64,000 nucleotides of DNA from Ignavibacteriales bacterium (GCA_037441705.1 JBBIRR010000001.1:288001-352000), one strand, 5' to 3'; positions 9,405-21,480 are shown, numbered from the stretch's first letter. A program made the numbers and translations. Notes: generated by a model from the sequence alone, not told the origin.

Positions 9405-10538
9405 TCACACTCCCCGGAATCGCTTGATGAGCCGCTGTCGAACGTACAGTTCGGCAACAGCATTGAGCGTGAACGTGAAGACAAACAGGATTGCCCCGAT
9501 CAAGAACAGGACGTGATAGTGGATATCGCCGAATACCACCTCCGCCATTTCTGCTCCGATCGTGGCCGACATCGTCCGCACGGGCTCGAGAATGCTCCAC
9601 GACACCAGCGCTGCGTTGCCCGTTGCCATCAGCACGATCATCGTTTCGCCGAACGCGCGCCCGAAGCCGAGGAGAATTGCAGCGAACACGCCAGGCGTTG
9701 CCCCCGGCAGCGTTACAAAGAGTGCGGTCTGCCAGTTCGTGGCGCCGAGGGCGAGGCTTGCCTCTTTCATGAATTTCGGCACGGCGTTCAACGCATCCTC
9801 TGCAATCGTGTAGATGATGGGAATGACGGTAAGCGCCATGGCCATGCCGCCAAGCAGGACGTTGAGTCGGTACTGATAGCCGAACGTATGCTGCATGATG
9901 GTTGCAAGCGACATTAGAGCAAAGAAGCCGATGACGACGGAGGGAAATCCCGCCAGCAGTTCGATGATGGGTTTGATCAACTCCCGCGCCCGGGGCGGCG
10001 CAAACGCCGAGGTGAAGATGGCCGCGAGAATCGCCAGCGGCGCGGCAATCAACAACGCGACAATCGTCACCTTCAGAGAGCCGACGATCAGTGGAATCAG
10101 CCCGAACTTCGGCAACGAACCCACCGGCTGCCAGGTAACGGAAAGGAGATTCTCGATCATTGCCGATCCGGCCGAGGCGTCGCCGTATTCTACGCCGTCA
10201 ACCTTACGCGCTTCACTCAACGCGCGCGCGCTTTCGCTCAGTGCTTCGTCGCCGTAAGTTTCCTCCTGCGCGGCCTGGTCTACCTGAGCAGCTTCCGGTC
10301 GGGAGAAAAATACCGGGGCCGCCTCACGAAACACAAAGACAAAGATGAGCACGATGGTGGCAAGCGAGACGAAAGCCACGGCCGTGATCAACTTCTCCGC
10401 AAGAAATTCATCCCACCGAAACCGTCTCTTCATATTCGCCGGCGTCATCGGCGAGGGATGTTCAGCTTCCCGGCGCCGTGACGCTATCGGCAAAGTCTCC
10501 TGCTCATTCGCTGTGCGTTGCTCCAAGAGTTCTGCCAT
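9405..10538 (-). CDS. pstC: Phosphate ABC transporter permease PstC
   Basis: ELLAGFPSVVIG and GRAFGETMIVLMATGN. Confidence 0.93.
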   Translation of the reverse strand: MAELLEQRTANEQETLPIASRRREAEHPSPMTPANMKRRFRWDEFLAEKLITAVAFVSLATIVLIFVFVFREAAPVFFSRPEAAQVDQAAQEETYGDEALSESARALSEARKVDGVEYGDASAGSAMIENLLSVTWQPVGSLPKFGLIPLIVGSLKVTIVALLIAAPLAILAAIFTSAFAPPRARELIKPIIELLAGFPSVVIGFFALMSLATIMQHTFGYQYRLNVLLGGMAMALTVIPIIYTIAEDALNAVPKFMKEASLALGATNWQTALFVTLPGATPGVFAAILLGFGRAFGETMIVLMATGNAALVSWSILEPVRTMSATIGAEMAEVVFGDIHYHVLFLIGAILFVFTFTLNAVAELYVRQRLIKRFRGV

Positions 10539-10540
10539 TC

Positions 10541-11368
10541 CTATCGAATCGGAAAGTATCCTACTTCTTTCACAACACTCTGTCCTTCGTCGCTGAGAAT
10601 CCAGTCGATGTACTCCTTCAGCGCGCCCGTGGGTTTTGTTCGGACATACAGATACAGGAATCTACTGACGGGATACTTGCCGCTGCGAATGTTGTCCATT
10701 GTCGGCGCGTAGGCAGGAGACTTGTCATCGGCTTTGATCGGCAGCTCGCGGATGCCTTTGCCGTACGCGGAGCCGCCATAGCCGATGCCGGCTTTGTCCT
10801 TCGCAACCGCATTGACGACCGCTGCCGTTCCGGGCATGTTCTGCGCGGTAGGAGCAAAGTCTTCACCGTTCAGCACGTTATCTTTGAAGTACACGTACGT
10901 GCCGGAGTTGTTTTCGCGACTGTAGAGGATGATCTTCTGATCCTTTCCGCCCACCTGTTTCCAGTTGGTAATCTTTCCCTGATAGATATCCTTCAACTGC
11001 TGCAGGGTGAGCGCCTTAACCGGGTTTGCCTCGTTCACGTACACGGCAAGTCCGTCGAGCGCGCATTTGATCTCGACGCCGCGCGTTCCCCACTTCTGTT
11101 GCAACAGGTTGCGTTCTGCGGGTTTGATCGGACGCGAGGAGTTGCAGATGTCGGTCGTTCCGTTAATCAACGCCGAGATGCCGGTGCCGGAACCTCCGCC
11201 CGTGACCTGGATCGTCACGTTCTTGTGCTTCGCCATGTACCGCTCGGCCCACCGCTGGGCGAGGATGACCATCGTGTCCGAGCCTTTGACCGTGATTTTG
11301 TCTTCGCCATAGAGGCTCACACTCACAGCAAGAACCATCGCGAGTGTACCGAGGATAATCTTCTTCAT
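10541..11368 (-). CDS. pstS: Phosphate-binding protein PstS
   Basis: KGSDTM, GGGSGTGI, SRENNSGT; signal peptide. Confidence 0.93.
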   Translation of the reverse strand: MKKIILGTLAMVLAVSVSLYGEDKITVKGSDTMVILAQRWAERYMAKHKNVTIQVTGGGSGTGISALINGTTDICNSSRPIKPAERNLLQQKWGTRGVEIKCALDGLAVYVNEANPVKALTLQQLKDIYQGKITNWKQVGGKDQKIILYSRENNSGTYVYFKDNVLNGEDFAPTAQNMPGTAAVVNAVAKDKAGIGYGGSAYGKGIRELPIKADDKSPAYAPTMDNIRSGKYPVSRFLYLYVRTKPTGALKEYIDWILSDEGQSVVKEVGYFPIR

Positions 11369-11546
11369 GTTGATGCTCCTGAAAAGAATTGTGTTTGTAG
11401 TGGATTAACATTCATGACGCGAGGAGGAAATCCTCCGCGACGAAGGTGACCTTGAGGTGAAAGCGGCATTCCTGACCCTGGAGTAGTTGAAGCCGATGCG
11501 AGGCGTTTTCAATCGGCTCCAATCTACACATCTGCCATAAACCCCA

Positions 11547-11574
11547 TGTTGCGATTGTGTTAAGAAATTGTAAA
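11547..11574 (-). promoter_or_regulatory. Putative Pho box upstream of pstS
   Basis: Minus strand TTTACA-N5-TTAACA-N5-GCAACA, an 11-bp period typical of PhoB/PhoP sites. Confidence 0.65.
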
Positions 11575-11752
11575 GACATGGTCCGTTTTCTCCAAATATT
11601 GCCCATCTGAATCGTCGAGGCTCCACGCAGCGGGGTCAGGGTCGCCACGGGAGCCTCTGGTCCATCCCATCAAGGAATGGATGAACATGAGGAAGTTGCA
11701 TCTACAGAAAGGAAGGGCTTCCTCAGTGAGCGACGCGACGAGATCTCGTCGG

Positions 11753-13399
11753 TCACTTCACAAGCATCATCCTGCGCGTCTGCGTGCCGGCAGAAGTTGC
11801 CAGACGGTAGATGTAGGAACCCGACGCAAGCAGCGAAGCATCGAAGGTTGTTTCGTAACTGCCCGCGGGCAATTCGGCGTTCACGAGAATTGCAACTTCC
11901 CGCCCCAACATATCATAGACTTTCAAACTCACCAGCTCTGCCTTTCCGGAGAGGCGGGAACCCGATATCGAGAAGGCAATGCGCGTCGATGGGTTGAAGG
12001 GGTTGGGGTAGTTCTGCTCGAGCCTGAAGCCCTCAACACGCTCACCGGTTTCGCGCACAGAAACGACGCCACCGGTGTAATCACGATTCTGCGGATCGTA
12101 TTCCGCCCACGGAAGATCCCAGCGTGTCGAACCGAACGCTCCGCGATAGGGTACGATCTGAAAGAACGAATCGCCTGCCAGTCTCCCACCAAACGATGCA
12201 CCGCTGAGTGCAGGAGAGCCGCTCGCGGGCAGAGGATTCAACGCGTTCCCCGATGCGTACGGTGCAACAAGCTGTACGTTCGCCGGAAGAGGATACGTCG
12301 TGTTTCCCCATCCCGAAGTGTTGAACCACGACACAATGTTGAAGCCCGACGCGTTGGTCGTCAGCAATTGGGATTGCTGACCTGCGAGGATGGTGTTGCG
12401 GATCTGGAGCGAATCATTTTGCGCTCCAGTTGCCGTTCCTGCCCCGTCAACGAACACACCGATCGGCCAGCCCATCATCACGGAGTTGAAAATACCATAG
12501 TAGGTATTGCGCCGTAGATGCGCGGCCCGGCGGTACAACGAATTGACCACGGCGTTGGAATCTTGCGCCGGACCGATGGAGGTAAGATTGCTCATGGTCG
12601 GGTTCGAACGTGGTGTTGCCGCGCTTCCCGTCGCATCATTGTCGGCTTCCAGCCCATTGCTCTGACTTACATCGGCGATGTTGGGATCGCGAACAGCAAG
12701 CAAGAATTGTAACTTGCCCCGATAGCCGTTGTCCGTATCGAAGTCGTCATCCAACCCTTTGTAGGCAATTAGGTTTTTACCGTTGACCGTTCCGCCGAAC
12801 CACTCGAAGGAATCGTCGTTGGCAAAGCTCACCTGCACATATTCGATCACCGTTTTCCTGCCGACGGCGCCCAGTGTCAGGCCGTTGATTTCGTTGTTGG
12901 GAGAGAAGGCAATACCGGCAAACTCGATACGCACATACCGCATCACGCCGCTGCTGTCGTCATCATTGCGCGTGAACGACGAGCCGGGACCGAAAATGTT
13001 GCCTGCCCCTTCAATCGCGGCGGAATCGCCGGGAAGATTCGTGCCGGCAATGCCGCACAGGATCACGCCGCCCCAGTCGCCTGCCTTGCGTTGACCGCGC
13101 GGCTTCTTGCTGGTGAACACAATCGGTAGATCGGGCTGGCCATTCGCCCAAATCTTTGCGCCACGATTGATGATCAGCGAACCGCGCGACGCACTATCGC
13201 CGTAGATGAGCGTACCGGCAGGAATGCGGATGATGCCGCCTGCGCGAACATTCACAAATCCTTGGAGCACATATGCTGTGTCCCGCGAGAGTGTGCGCGT
13301 ACCCGTAATATCGCCGGAGAGAACTCGTTCCGGCAGTTGGCCATGAGCAAGTGTTACGGCAAACACCGTCACGAGCCAGGGGAGAAATCGTGCGATCAT
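11753..13399 (-). CDS. Secreted Asp/Gly-rich, probably beta-helical protein with T9SS sorting domain
   Basis: Signal peptide; GDWGGVILCG, YVRIEFAG, NEINGLTLG, DDSFEWFGGTV, DDDFDTDNG; C-terminal QNYPNPFNPST; AAGGAGG SD. Confidence 0.8.
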   Translation of the reverse strand: MIARFLPWLVTVFAVTLAHGQLPERVLSGDITGTRTLSRDTAYVLQGFVNVRAGGIIRIPAGTLIYGDSASRGSLIINRGAKIWANGQPDLPIVFTSKKPRGQRKAGDWGGVILCGIAGTNLPGDSAAIEGAGNIFGPGSSFTRNDDDSSGVMRYVRIEFAGIAFSPNNEINGLTLGAVGRKTVIEYVQVSFANDDSFEWFGGTVNGKNLIAYKGLDDDFDTDNGYRGKLQFLLAVRDPNIADVSQSNGLEADNDATGSAATPRSNPTMSNLTSIGPAQDSNAVVNSLYRRAAHLRRNTYYGIFNSVMMGWPIGVFVDGAGTATGAQNDSLQIRNTILAGQQSQLLTTNASGFNIVSWFNTSGWGNTTYPLPANVQLVAPYASGNALNPLPASGSPALSGASFGGRLAGDSFFQIVPYRGAFGSTRWDLPWAEYDPQNRDYTGGVVSVRETGERVEGFRLEQNYPNPFNPSTRIAFSISGSRLSGKAELVSLKVYDMLGREVAILVNAELPAGSYETTFDASLLASGSYIYRLATSAGTQTRRMMLVK

Positions 13400-13451
13400 T
13401 AATGAAGCCTCCTTTTAAGGTTGAATGAGTGGATAAGGGATGCAAATACTA

Positions 13452-16196
13452 TCACAGCTTCACCGAGATGCCGAGCGCATACGAAGCTCCGCGTTTGTTC
13501 ATGCGAACAAGCTCATCGCCCTGCGTGAATCGTTGCTCTTGCTCGAGAATGTCTCGGCCGGTGAACTTTAGCTCGAAGGTCTCGAAGATGTTTTGTGTAA
13601 TTGATACGTCAACCACGTCACGCGGCTGTTCTTTCACATCTTGCGTGAACACGGTTGCGACTTCCGAAATCCGCTCGCCGAATCTGTTGTACATGAAATT
13701 GATTGATGTTCCGGTGCCGGGCAGGTTCAGAAACAGCCCGGCGTTGATCACGTACGGAGATTGCCCCTGGAGCGTGCGCGTCCGGTCGATCAGGCGCACG
13801 CTGGAAAAGATGCGTGAGTAGTTTAGCAGCACCGATACATCCTCAAACACGCCGCCGATAAACCCCAACGACTTACGCATCTCTAACTCGATGCCGTAGT
13901 TGGTCGCCGACGGTACGTTGGCGTACGTTCGCTCGCCTGCAAGCGCCACCGTTGCAACGACGATCTGCTCGATGGCGTCGGTGATCTCCTTGCGGAAGTA
14001 GCTGACGGAGAGAAGTTCACCCGGATTGGGAAACCACTCCCACCGGACGTCGTAGTTGCGAACCAGGGCCCGCTTGAGATTCGGATTGCCATACACCGTT
14101 AGCTGTGTGCTGAAATCGTAGAAGGCAAACGGAGCAAATTCGCGGAACTCCGGGCGATTGACCGTTCGACTCAGCGCGAAACGAAGATTCATCGTCTCCG
14201 TCGCCAGCCAGGTGAGATTGAGCGAGGGCAGCACGTCCACCTCTTTGTAGGCAACGCGCACATCCTCGTTTTGCAGATTGCCGGAGTTCAGGCGCTGCTC
14301 GGAATGTTCCAATCTGGCGCCTCCCACCACGCGCCAGTTCGTCCCGGCAAGCTCGAACGGCAGGTCGAGCATGGCGTACGTTGCATACAATGTCTGCCCC
14401 GCATCATACCGATTGCGCCGGTCGCCGTACTCGGCAAACTGCAACCCGTTTGGTCCTCCGATGTGCGAAGGAATGAACAACGTATCGAGAGCCGAGCGCG
14501 TCAGTTGAGGATTGTACACCGGCAGCGTGTACACAAACTGCCGTGCTGCAAAATCCCGCCGGATGTTCACCGCTTCAGCACCGGATTTTACTTTCGCCCC
14601 CCGGACGGGCAGGGTAAGGTTCAGCGCAAGAGAACGGTTATAGTCCTTCAATTCGCTATAGAACCTGCTGGCACTTTCAGGAGAACTATCGTTGAAGGGA
14701 ATCTGCGCCTCGAGGTGTGCGCCGGCAAGCTCGCGTGAACGTGAATAGATCATCCGGCGCAGATCAGGCTCCGAACGCGTAGCGCGCCCATACGAGGCAA
14801 CCCAATCTACCGAGAGAGAGCCAAGATCGGGCAGCACATGTTCGCCCGACAGCAGCGCCGAAAACGTATTTCGTGCAACATATCTGAAGCCGGTCAGCAC
14901 ATCATCGTTTTGGGTGAGATTGTTGAAGCCCGAAAGTGACACCACCTCATCTTCACTCGCCTGGTTGAACAAACTCTTCACGCTCACCTTATGATTGGTG
15001 CCGAGCTTATAACTCAAATTCAGCACACCACCCCAGAGAACATTGACGGTGCTGGTCTGACCAGTGTAGTCGTAGCGCAGCCCTGCCTCGTCGTAGTCGG
15101 CACGCCGTACCTGCGCTCGGCTATATCCGTTGCGATAGCTGAACGCGGCCACATAGCCGAACTCACGATCGAAAAGATCCACCGAACCTCCGTAAGAAAT
15201 ATGCAGGTTCGGATTGAGGGGCGCAGAGCGCGTTTTCTTAACCCACAGGTTGGGTAGAGAGCGCGCAAGATTGTTCTTTTCTTCCTGACCGAGATTGTAA
15301 AGCTCGGCCGGAAAATTCTGCGGTAACACACGATGGCGTGTGTCGTAGCCGAGCCAATCGGTGGGTCCACCGTCATACGTTTCGATGCCGCGTCCCGTGG
15401 TGAACGTGTTGTAGGCAGAGCCGAATGAAGCCGTGAAGGTAGTGTTTACCGGAAAATCCATCGTGTTCAGTTGCACCAATCCGCCTGCAAAATCGCCGGG
15501 CAGATCGGGAGTGAAGGTCTTTGTCACGATGGTTTGTTCGAGAAGGTTGGCCGGCAGCAGATCGAATGCAAACGCCTTCTTATCAGGTTCGGTACTGGCA
15601 GCCCGAACACCGTTGAGCTGCGTGGCGTTGTATCGCTCACTCGTTCCCCGCACATACACGAACTTGTTATCGACAACCGAAATGCCGACGACGCGCTTCA
15701 GTGCATCGCCGGAGGTTGCATCGGGCGATCGCTTGATCTGTTCCGCGCTGATCCCATCGCCTATCGTTGCCGCCTTCTTGCGCTCCGCAAGCAAAGCACT
15801 CTCCGTCGCGCGCACGCGTTCGGCGGTGATAACCACTTCGTCTGCTTCGACTGCAGTTGGCGTGAGACTGACGTTCAGCTCAGCCGTTCGGCCTTCCTCG
15901 ATCTCTACCCCGGTCACAATCCGGGCCGTGTATCCCACAAAGGAAATCCGAACGCTCTGCGCACCCTTCGGGATATTCCGCACGACATACCTCCCATCAA
16001 CATCGGTTCTTGCCCCGAGCGTCGTCCCGAGAATCAACACGTTTGCGCCTACCAACTCCTCACCGGTTTGTTCATCGAAGACTTTACCTGTGAGCGATCC
16101 CGACTGGGCACTCGCGCTGTCCGTCATGAGACCGAAAGCCCCAAGAAACACCATCCCTTTTAGAAAATTCATAATACGCATTTGTACCATAGGCAT
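13452..16196 (-). CDS. TonB-dependent receptor with N-terminal carboxypeptidase-regulatory-like domain
   Basis: LTGKVFD..GEELVGANV; plug YVRGTSERYN; RPEFRE, GNPNLK and LQGQSPY barrel motifs; exact start uncertain. Confidence 0.9.
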   Translation of the reverse strand: MPMVQMRIMNFLKGMVFLGAFGLMTDSASAQSGSLTGKVFDEQTGEELVGANVLILGTTLGARTDVDGRYVVRNIPKGAQSVRISFVGYTARIVTGVEIEEGRTAELNVSLTPTAVEADEVVITAERVRATESALLAERKKAATIGDGISAEQIKRSPDATSGDALKRVVGISVVDNKFVYVRGTSERYNATQLNGVRAASTEPDKKAFAFDLLPANLLEQTIVTKTFTPDLPGDFAGGLVQLNTMDFPVNTTFTASFGSAYNTFTTGRGIETYDGGPTDWLGYDTRHRVLPQNFPAELYNLGQEEKNNLARSLPNLWVKKTRSAPLNPNLHISYGGSVDLFDREFGYVAAFSYRNGYSRAQVRRADYDEAGLRYDYTGQTSTVNVLWGGVLNLSYKLGTNHKVSVKSLFNQASEDEVVSLSGFNNLTQNDDVLTGFRYVARNTFSALLSGEHVLPDLGSLSVDWVASYGRATRSEPDLRRMIYSRSRELAGAHLEAQIPFNDSSPESASRFYSELKDYNRSLALNLTLPVRGAKVKSGAEAVNIRRDFAARQFVYTLPVYNPQLTRSALDTLFIPSHIGGPNGLQFAEYGDRRNRYDAGQTLYATYAMLDLPFELAGTNWRVVGGARLEHSEQRLNSGNLQNEDVRVAYKEVDVLPSLNLTWLATETMNLRFALSRTVNRPEFREFAPFAFYDFSTQLTVYGNPNLKRALVRNYDVRWEWFPNPGELLSVSYFRKEITDAIEQIVVATVALAGERTYANVPSATNYGIELEMRKSLGFIGGVFEDVSVLLNYSRIFSSVRLIDRTRTLQGQSPYVINAGLFLNLPGTGTSINFMYNRFGERISEVATVFTQDVKEQPRDVVDVSITQNIFETFELKFTGRDILEQEQRFTQGDELVRMNKRGASYALGISVKL

Positions 16197-16285
16197 CCGA
16201 CCCTTTCTTTCATGTGCGTGATCGCTTGGCAGAACCATTCTGTGGGCGTTGATTGGATTTCGACGCTGGAAACTTACACATACAC

Positions 16286-16313
16286 TGTTACTATGGTGTT
16301 AAGCCGACTTTAC
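16286..16313 (-). promoter_or_regulatory. Putative Pho box upstream of the TonB-dependent receptor
   Basis: Minus strand GTAAAG-N5-TTAACA-N5-GTAACA with 11-bp period, followed by a -10-like TAAGTT. Confidence 0.55.
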
Positions 16314-16471
16314 CGAACCTTCAAATTTCTCTTCGGCGCCCTTGTACACCGCAGAGGCTACGTCCATCTGCGCAACAAACACCGCCGGATTGCGAAGGTG
16401 TTGTGAATAAGGGCGTCCATCAACAGCCGACGACCTGTGCTGCACGTGTTGCAGGAAGGTGAGGTCCGATA

Positions 16472-17431
16472 TTAGAGAGATTGAAGTTGTCGGAGCCTAT
16501 ACGGAGCAGGTAGAGAACGCTCCGCCGAGTTGACGCTTATTGCAGACACACTGCGATGGCGTGGAAAGCGATGAAGCGTTGTTTCAAGATCATCCTCATG
16601 CAGGCGCACAAGCCAGAAGCTCAGTTCATCCTTCTTTCCAATTACCGAACCCCCGCCGTTGAGATAACGAACGCCGCATCGTTCGTACTCGACACTTTCG
16701 TGAACGTGCCCATGCAATACCGCGGAAACACCGGCCTCAACGAAGAGGCGAAGCAACTTTTTTTTCTTGCGCAGCTTCAGCGTCCGACGTTCGATGGTAC
16801 GCCACAGGTATTCCATAGTCCCAGCAGCCGGTGTTGGCATCCGGGAAAAGTGATGGTGGATCAACACAATTTTTTTCAGCCGTTGGAACGCGTCCGCGTG
16901 CAGGAGATTCTCCAGGAGCATCCTCTGCAGACGGCCGATTGATCCGTTTGATCCAAAGGGATTCTTCACCCGCGAGTAACGCGCAACGGAATTGATGCCG
17001 AAGAGCGCGGCGTTTCCCACAACTTTCACGAAGGGAAAGCCATGCGGACTGATTGGGGCAATGACTCCCCGAAATACTTCGGCAAACACATCGCAAAAGC
17101 GACGGAGGGCTACATCGTAGTCAACGTGCTTGCAATGCCGCGGGAATGATAATACATCTTCGGCCGTGTGCACACCGCCGAAGACATCATGGTTCCCGGG
17201 AATAACGGTGAGCCGCTCTGGATGCAACAAACGATAGCTGGCAAACAACGAGCGCGCAAGCTCCAATTCCGTGCGCGTACCGTTGGCGGTGAGATCACCG
17301 GTAACCACGAGATGATCCACGTCGTGGAGCAACGCCTGCTCGATGACCTGACGTGCATCACGGATCGTGCGGCCCTTCTGCTCGGCGCTGATGTGCAGGT
17401 CTGAAAGATGGGCAAGTGTCCAGGGGCGCAT
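16472..17431 (-). CDS. Calcineurin-like metallophosphoesterase (CpdA/Icc-like)
   Basis: SDLH, TGDLT, PGNHD, IHHH, HGHVH; AAGGAG SD before ATG 17431. Confidence 0.88.
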   Translation of the reverse strand: MRPWTLAHLSDLHISAEQKGRTIRDARQVIEQALLHDVDHLVVTGDLTANGTRTELELARSLFASYRLLHPERLTVIPGNHDVFGGVHTAEDVLSFPRHCKHVDYDVALRRFCDVFAEVFRGVIAPISPHGFPFVKVVGNAALFGINSVARYSRVKNPFGSNGSIGRLQRMLLENLLHADAFQRLKKIVLIHHHFSRMPTPAAGTMEYLWRTIERRTLKLRKKKKLLRLFVEAGVSAVLHGHVHESVEYERCGVRYLNGGGSVIGKKDELSFWLVRLHEDDLETTLHRFPRHRSVSAISVNSAERSLPAPYRLRQLQSL

Positions 17432-17660
17432 GAACTCCTTGTTCCTGTGCAGTGCTTTGATCACAGGAACAAGGTATCACTCGAACGTCAAGAGAAGATG
17501 ATGCAAAGGTGAAATGGATGTAAATGGACGTGACGAGAGAATCAGCAGAGCCTCCCCGTGACAATGTCGTCTTTGCATGAGCGATCCTCGGCGAAAGCCC
17601 TGGCGCATCGCATTCTGGAACTTACCTCTTACGTTAAAAACTTCTTAATCTTCTTCCCTC

Positions 17661-17688
17661 TTGACAGAAAGATATTTTTCCCTATATT
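17661..17688 (+). promoter_or_regulatory. Sigma70-type promoter of groESL
   Basis: TTGACA-N16-TATATT directly before the CIRCE element. Confidence 0.75.
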
Positions 17689-17689
17689 A

Positions 17690-17716
17690 TTAGCACTCTA
17701 ATGCCCAGAGTGCTAA
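17690..17716 (+). promoter_or_regulatory. CIRCE element (HrcA operator)
   Basis: Perfect TTAGCACTC-N9-GAGTGCTAA upstream of groES. Confidence 0.97.
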
Positions 17717-17791
17717 ATCCCCTAACCTATTCAATTTTAACGGCTTTCAAAGTCTCAACGTGTGTTCAAAAACTCAACAAAGGAGGTTTCC

Positions 17792-18076
17792 ATGAAGGTA
17801 AAACCGTTGGCTGATCGAGTAGTCGTGAAGCCTGCGCCGGCCGAGGAAAAGACGAAGGGCGGAATCATCCTGCCCGATACCGCCAAGGAGAAGCCGGTCA
17901 TTGGCGAAGTGGTTGCGGTGGGTCCCGGCAAAGTGACCGATGATGGGAAGAAGATAGCGCTTGAAGTGAAGGTGGGTGATAAGGTGCTGTACGGCAAGTA
18001 CTCAGGCACGGAAGTGACGATTGACGGCGAAGAGTACTTGATCATGCGCGAAGCAGACATCTTCGCAATTGTGTAA
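17792..18076 (+). CDS. groES: Co-chaperonin GroES
   Basis: [24 protein letters not shown]; AAGGAGG SD before ATG 17792. Confidence 0.98.
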   Translation: MKVKPLADRVVVKPAPAEEKTKGGIILPDTAKEKPVIGEVVAVGPGKVTDDGKKIALEVKVGDKVLYGKYSGTEVTIDGEEYLIMREADIFAIV

Positions 18077-18106
18077 GGCAAACGACGAACGAAACATAAC
18101 CAGTGA

Positions 18107-19753
<1,647 letters not shown>

Positions 19754-19776
19754 TCGCCTCCTCTGAAACAATCAAC

Positions 19777-19808
19777 AACCCCCGTCCTGACCAGGGCGGG
19801 GGTTTTTT
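19777..19808 (+). terminator. Intrinsic terminator after groEL
   Basis: AACCCCCGTCCT/AGGGCGGGGGTT stem followed by a T tract. Confidence 0.85.
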
Positions 19809-19831
19809 CTTTGGTCAAACAAAGCGCGGCC

Positions 19832-19888
19832 TTGACTTTTGCGTTGAGGTTGGGTAGATTGGAAACCGAAAAAACCATTTCAGTTTCC
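19832..19888 (+). promoter_or_regulatory. Promoter and probable TetR operator of the efflux operon
   Basis: TTGACT-N17-TAGATT, then inverted repeat GGAAACCGAAA-N6-TTTCAGTTTCC (19861-19888) over the expected transcription start. Confidence 0.7.
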
Positions 19889-19907
19889 TTCGGCCCCAGG
19901 GAGTTTC

Positions 19908-20540
19908 ATGCCAGAAGAAGAGCCGCTCAGGGAGCGCATCATCGCCGCAGCGTTCGACAGATTTCGCAGCGAAGGGTTTGCGCGCGTCCCGGTGGATGAC
20001 CTTGCTGCTCATCTCAGCATCAGCAAGAAGACGTTTTACAAGGTCTTTACGAGCAAAGATGCGCTGATCGAAAACATGGTCGACACGCTCCTCCGGGACG
20101 TGAGAAACAATACGGAGCGCATTATCTCGAGCGACGAGGAATTCATCGCCAAGCTCAGCGCGCTGATGGCCTACATGGGCGGTCTCCTCACGCGTGTGGG
20201 TTTGCCCATGATGCAGGATCTTTCCCGTCATCGCCCCGATCAGTGGAAACGCATCGAGGATTTCCGTGCACGACGCCTCCCCGATGTCTTTCTTCGGCTT
20301 CTCCAACAGGGAATACGAGAAGGACATGTGCGTCCCGACTTGCAGAAGCGCATCTTCCTTCTTGCGTACATGGCCGCCGTCCAACACATCATGCAACCAT
20401 CAGTGCTGGCGAACGAATCGTTCTCGGCACGGGAAGCAATCACCGGCATCGTCGAACTGTTCTTTCAGGGTGTCCTGACCGACCGCGGAAGAAAAGAACT
20501 TGCGCGGACGGAACTGCATCTCTCAACTCTTGCCCCATGA
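19908..20540 (+). CDS. TetR/AcrR family transcriptional regulator
   Basis: N-terminal HTH IIAAAFDRF...ISKKTFYKVFTSKDAL. Confidence 0.92.
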   Translation: MPEEEPLRERIIAAAFDRFRSEGFARVPVDDLAAHLSISKKTFYKVFTSKDALIENMVDTLLRDVRNNTERIISSDEEFIAKLSALMAYMGGLLTRVGLPMMQDLSRHRPDQWKRIEDFRARRLPDVFLRLLQQGIREGHVRPDLQKRIFLLAYMAAVQHIMQPSVLANESFSAREAITGIVELFFQGVLTDRGRKELARTELHLSTLAP

Positions 20541-20547
20541 GGAAACC

Positions 20548-21480
20548 ATGCCCATAAAACTCTTGTGTATGCTCAGCTGGATCGTGTTGTTGTGGGGATG
20601 TTCCAACAACGACCGGAATGTGATCGAAGCATCGGGAACGATTGAAGGAACGGACATCACGGTTGCGTCCGAAGTGGTCGGGAAGGTACGCGAGGTGCGC
20701 GTGCAAGAAGGAGCGCGCGTTGAGGCCGGCGACACTCTCGTCATCATTGATGATACGGACTACCGGCTCCAGCTGCGTCAGGCCGAAGCCGGTGCTGCGG
20801 CCAGCGACGCGCAGTACCGCCTGGCGCTCGAGGGATCGCGCAAAGAGGATATCGCACAAGCGGAGGCCCTTTACAAGACTGCCGAGGCCGACTACAAACG
20901 TATGAAGGAACTCCTCGCCGCGCAGACCGTCACTCAGAAGCAATACGACGAGGCGTATGCGCGATACGTCGCCGCCGAGCAAACGTACCGGAAGCTTGTG
21001 CGCGGATTGCGTCAGGCGGAGATTGATGCCGCGCGCGCCCGCATGGAACAGGCCGCAGCACAAGTCGACCTGCTCAGAAAGCGCGTGCGCGATTGTATCA
21101 TCCTTGCACCGACCGCGGCGACCGTTACCCATCGCGTCGTCGAGCCGGGTGAGTTCGTCACCGTCGGCACCCCGCTGCTGAAGCTCACCAACCTCGATCG
21201 TGTTACGCTCACCATCTACATCAACGAGCAGCAGCTCGCCCTGGTGAAACTTGGACAGCATGCCGCGGTACGCACGGACGGTCTACCGGATCGCGCGCTC
21301 GACGGCATCGTCACCTACATTTCTCCGACTGCGGAGTTCACGCCCAAAAATGTGCAGACAAAAGAGGAACGCACAAAGCTCGTCTTTGCCGTGAAGATCG
21401 AAGTGACGAATACCGAGGGGATCTTGAAGCCGGGCCTGCCGGCCGATGCAAGGCTGACGGGTAGTGTGCAGCACGAGTGA
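20548..21480 (+). CDS. HlyD-family membrane fusion lipoprotein (YbhG-like)
   Basis: Lipobox LWGC; ASGTIEG; AEFTPKNVQT; LKPGLPAD. Confidence 0.9.
   Translation: MPIKLLCMLSWIVLLWGCSNNDRNVIEASGTIEGTDITVASEVVGKVREVRVQEGARVEAGDTLVIIDDTDYRLQLRQAEAGAAASDAQYRLALEGSRKEDIAQAEALYKTAEADYKRMKELLAAQTVTQKQYDEAYARYVAAEQTYRKLVRGLRQAEIDAARARMEQAAAQVDLLRKRVRDCIILAPTAATVTHRVVEPGEFVTVGTPLLKLTNLDRVTLTIYINEQQLALVKLGQHAAVRTDGLPDRALDGIVTYISPTAEFTPKNVQTKEERTKLVFAVKIEVTNTEGILKPGLPADARLTGSVQHE

Noticed and set aside
11417-11439. Hairpin in the pstS leader as a regulatory RNA
   Set aside because: Single short stem with no terminator tail or other support
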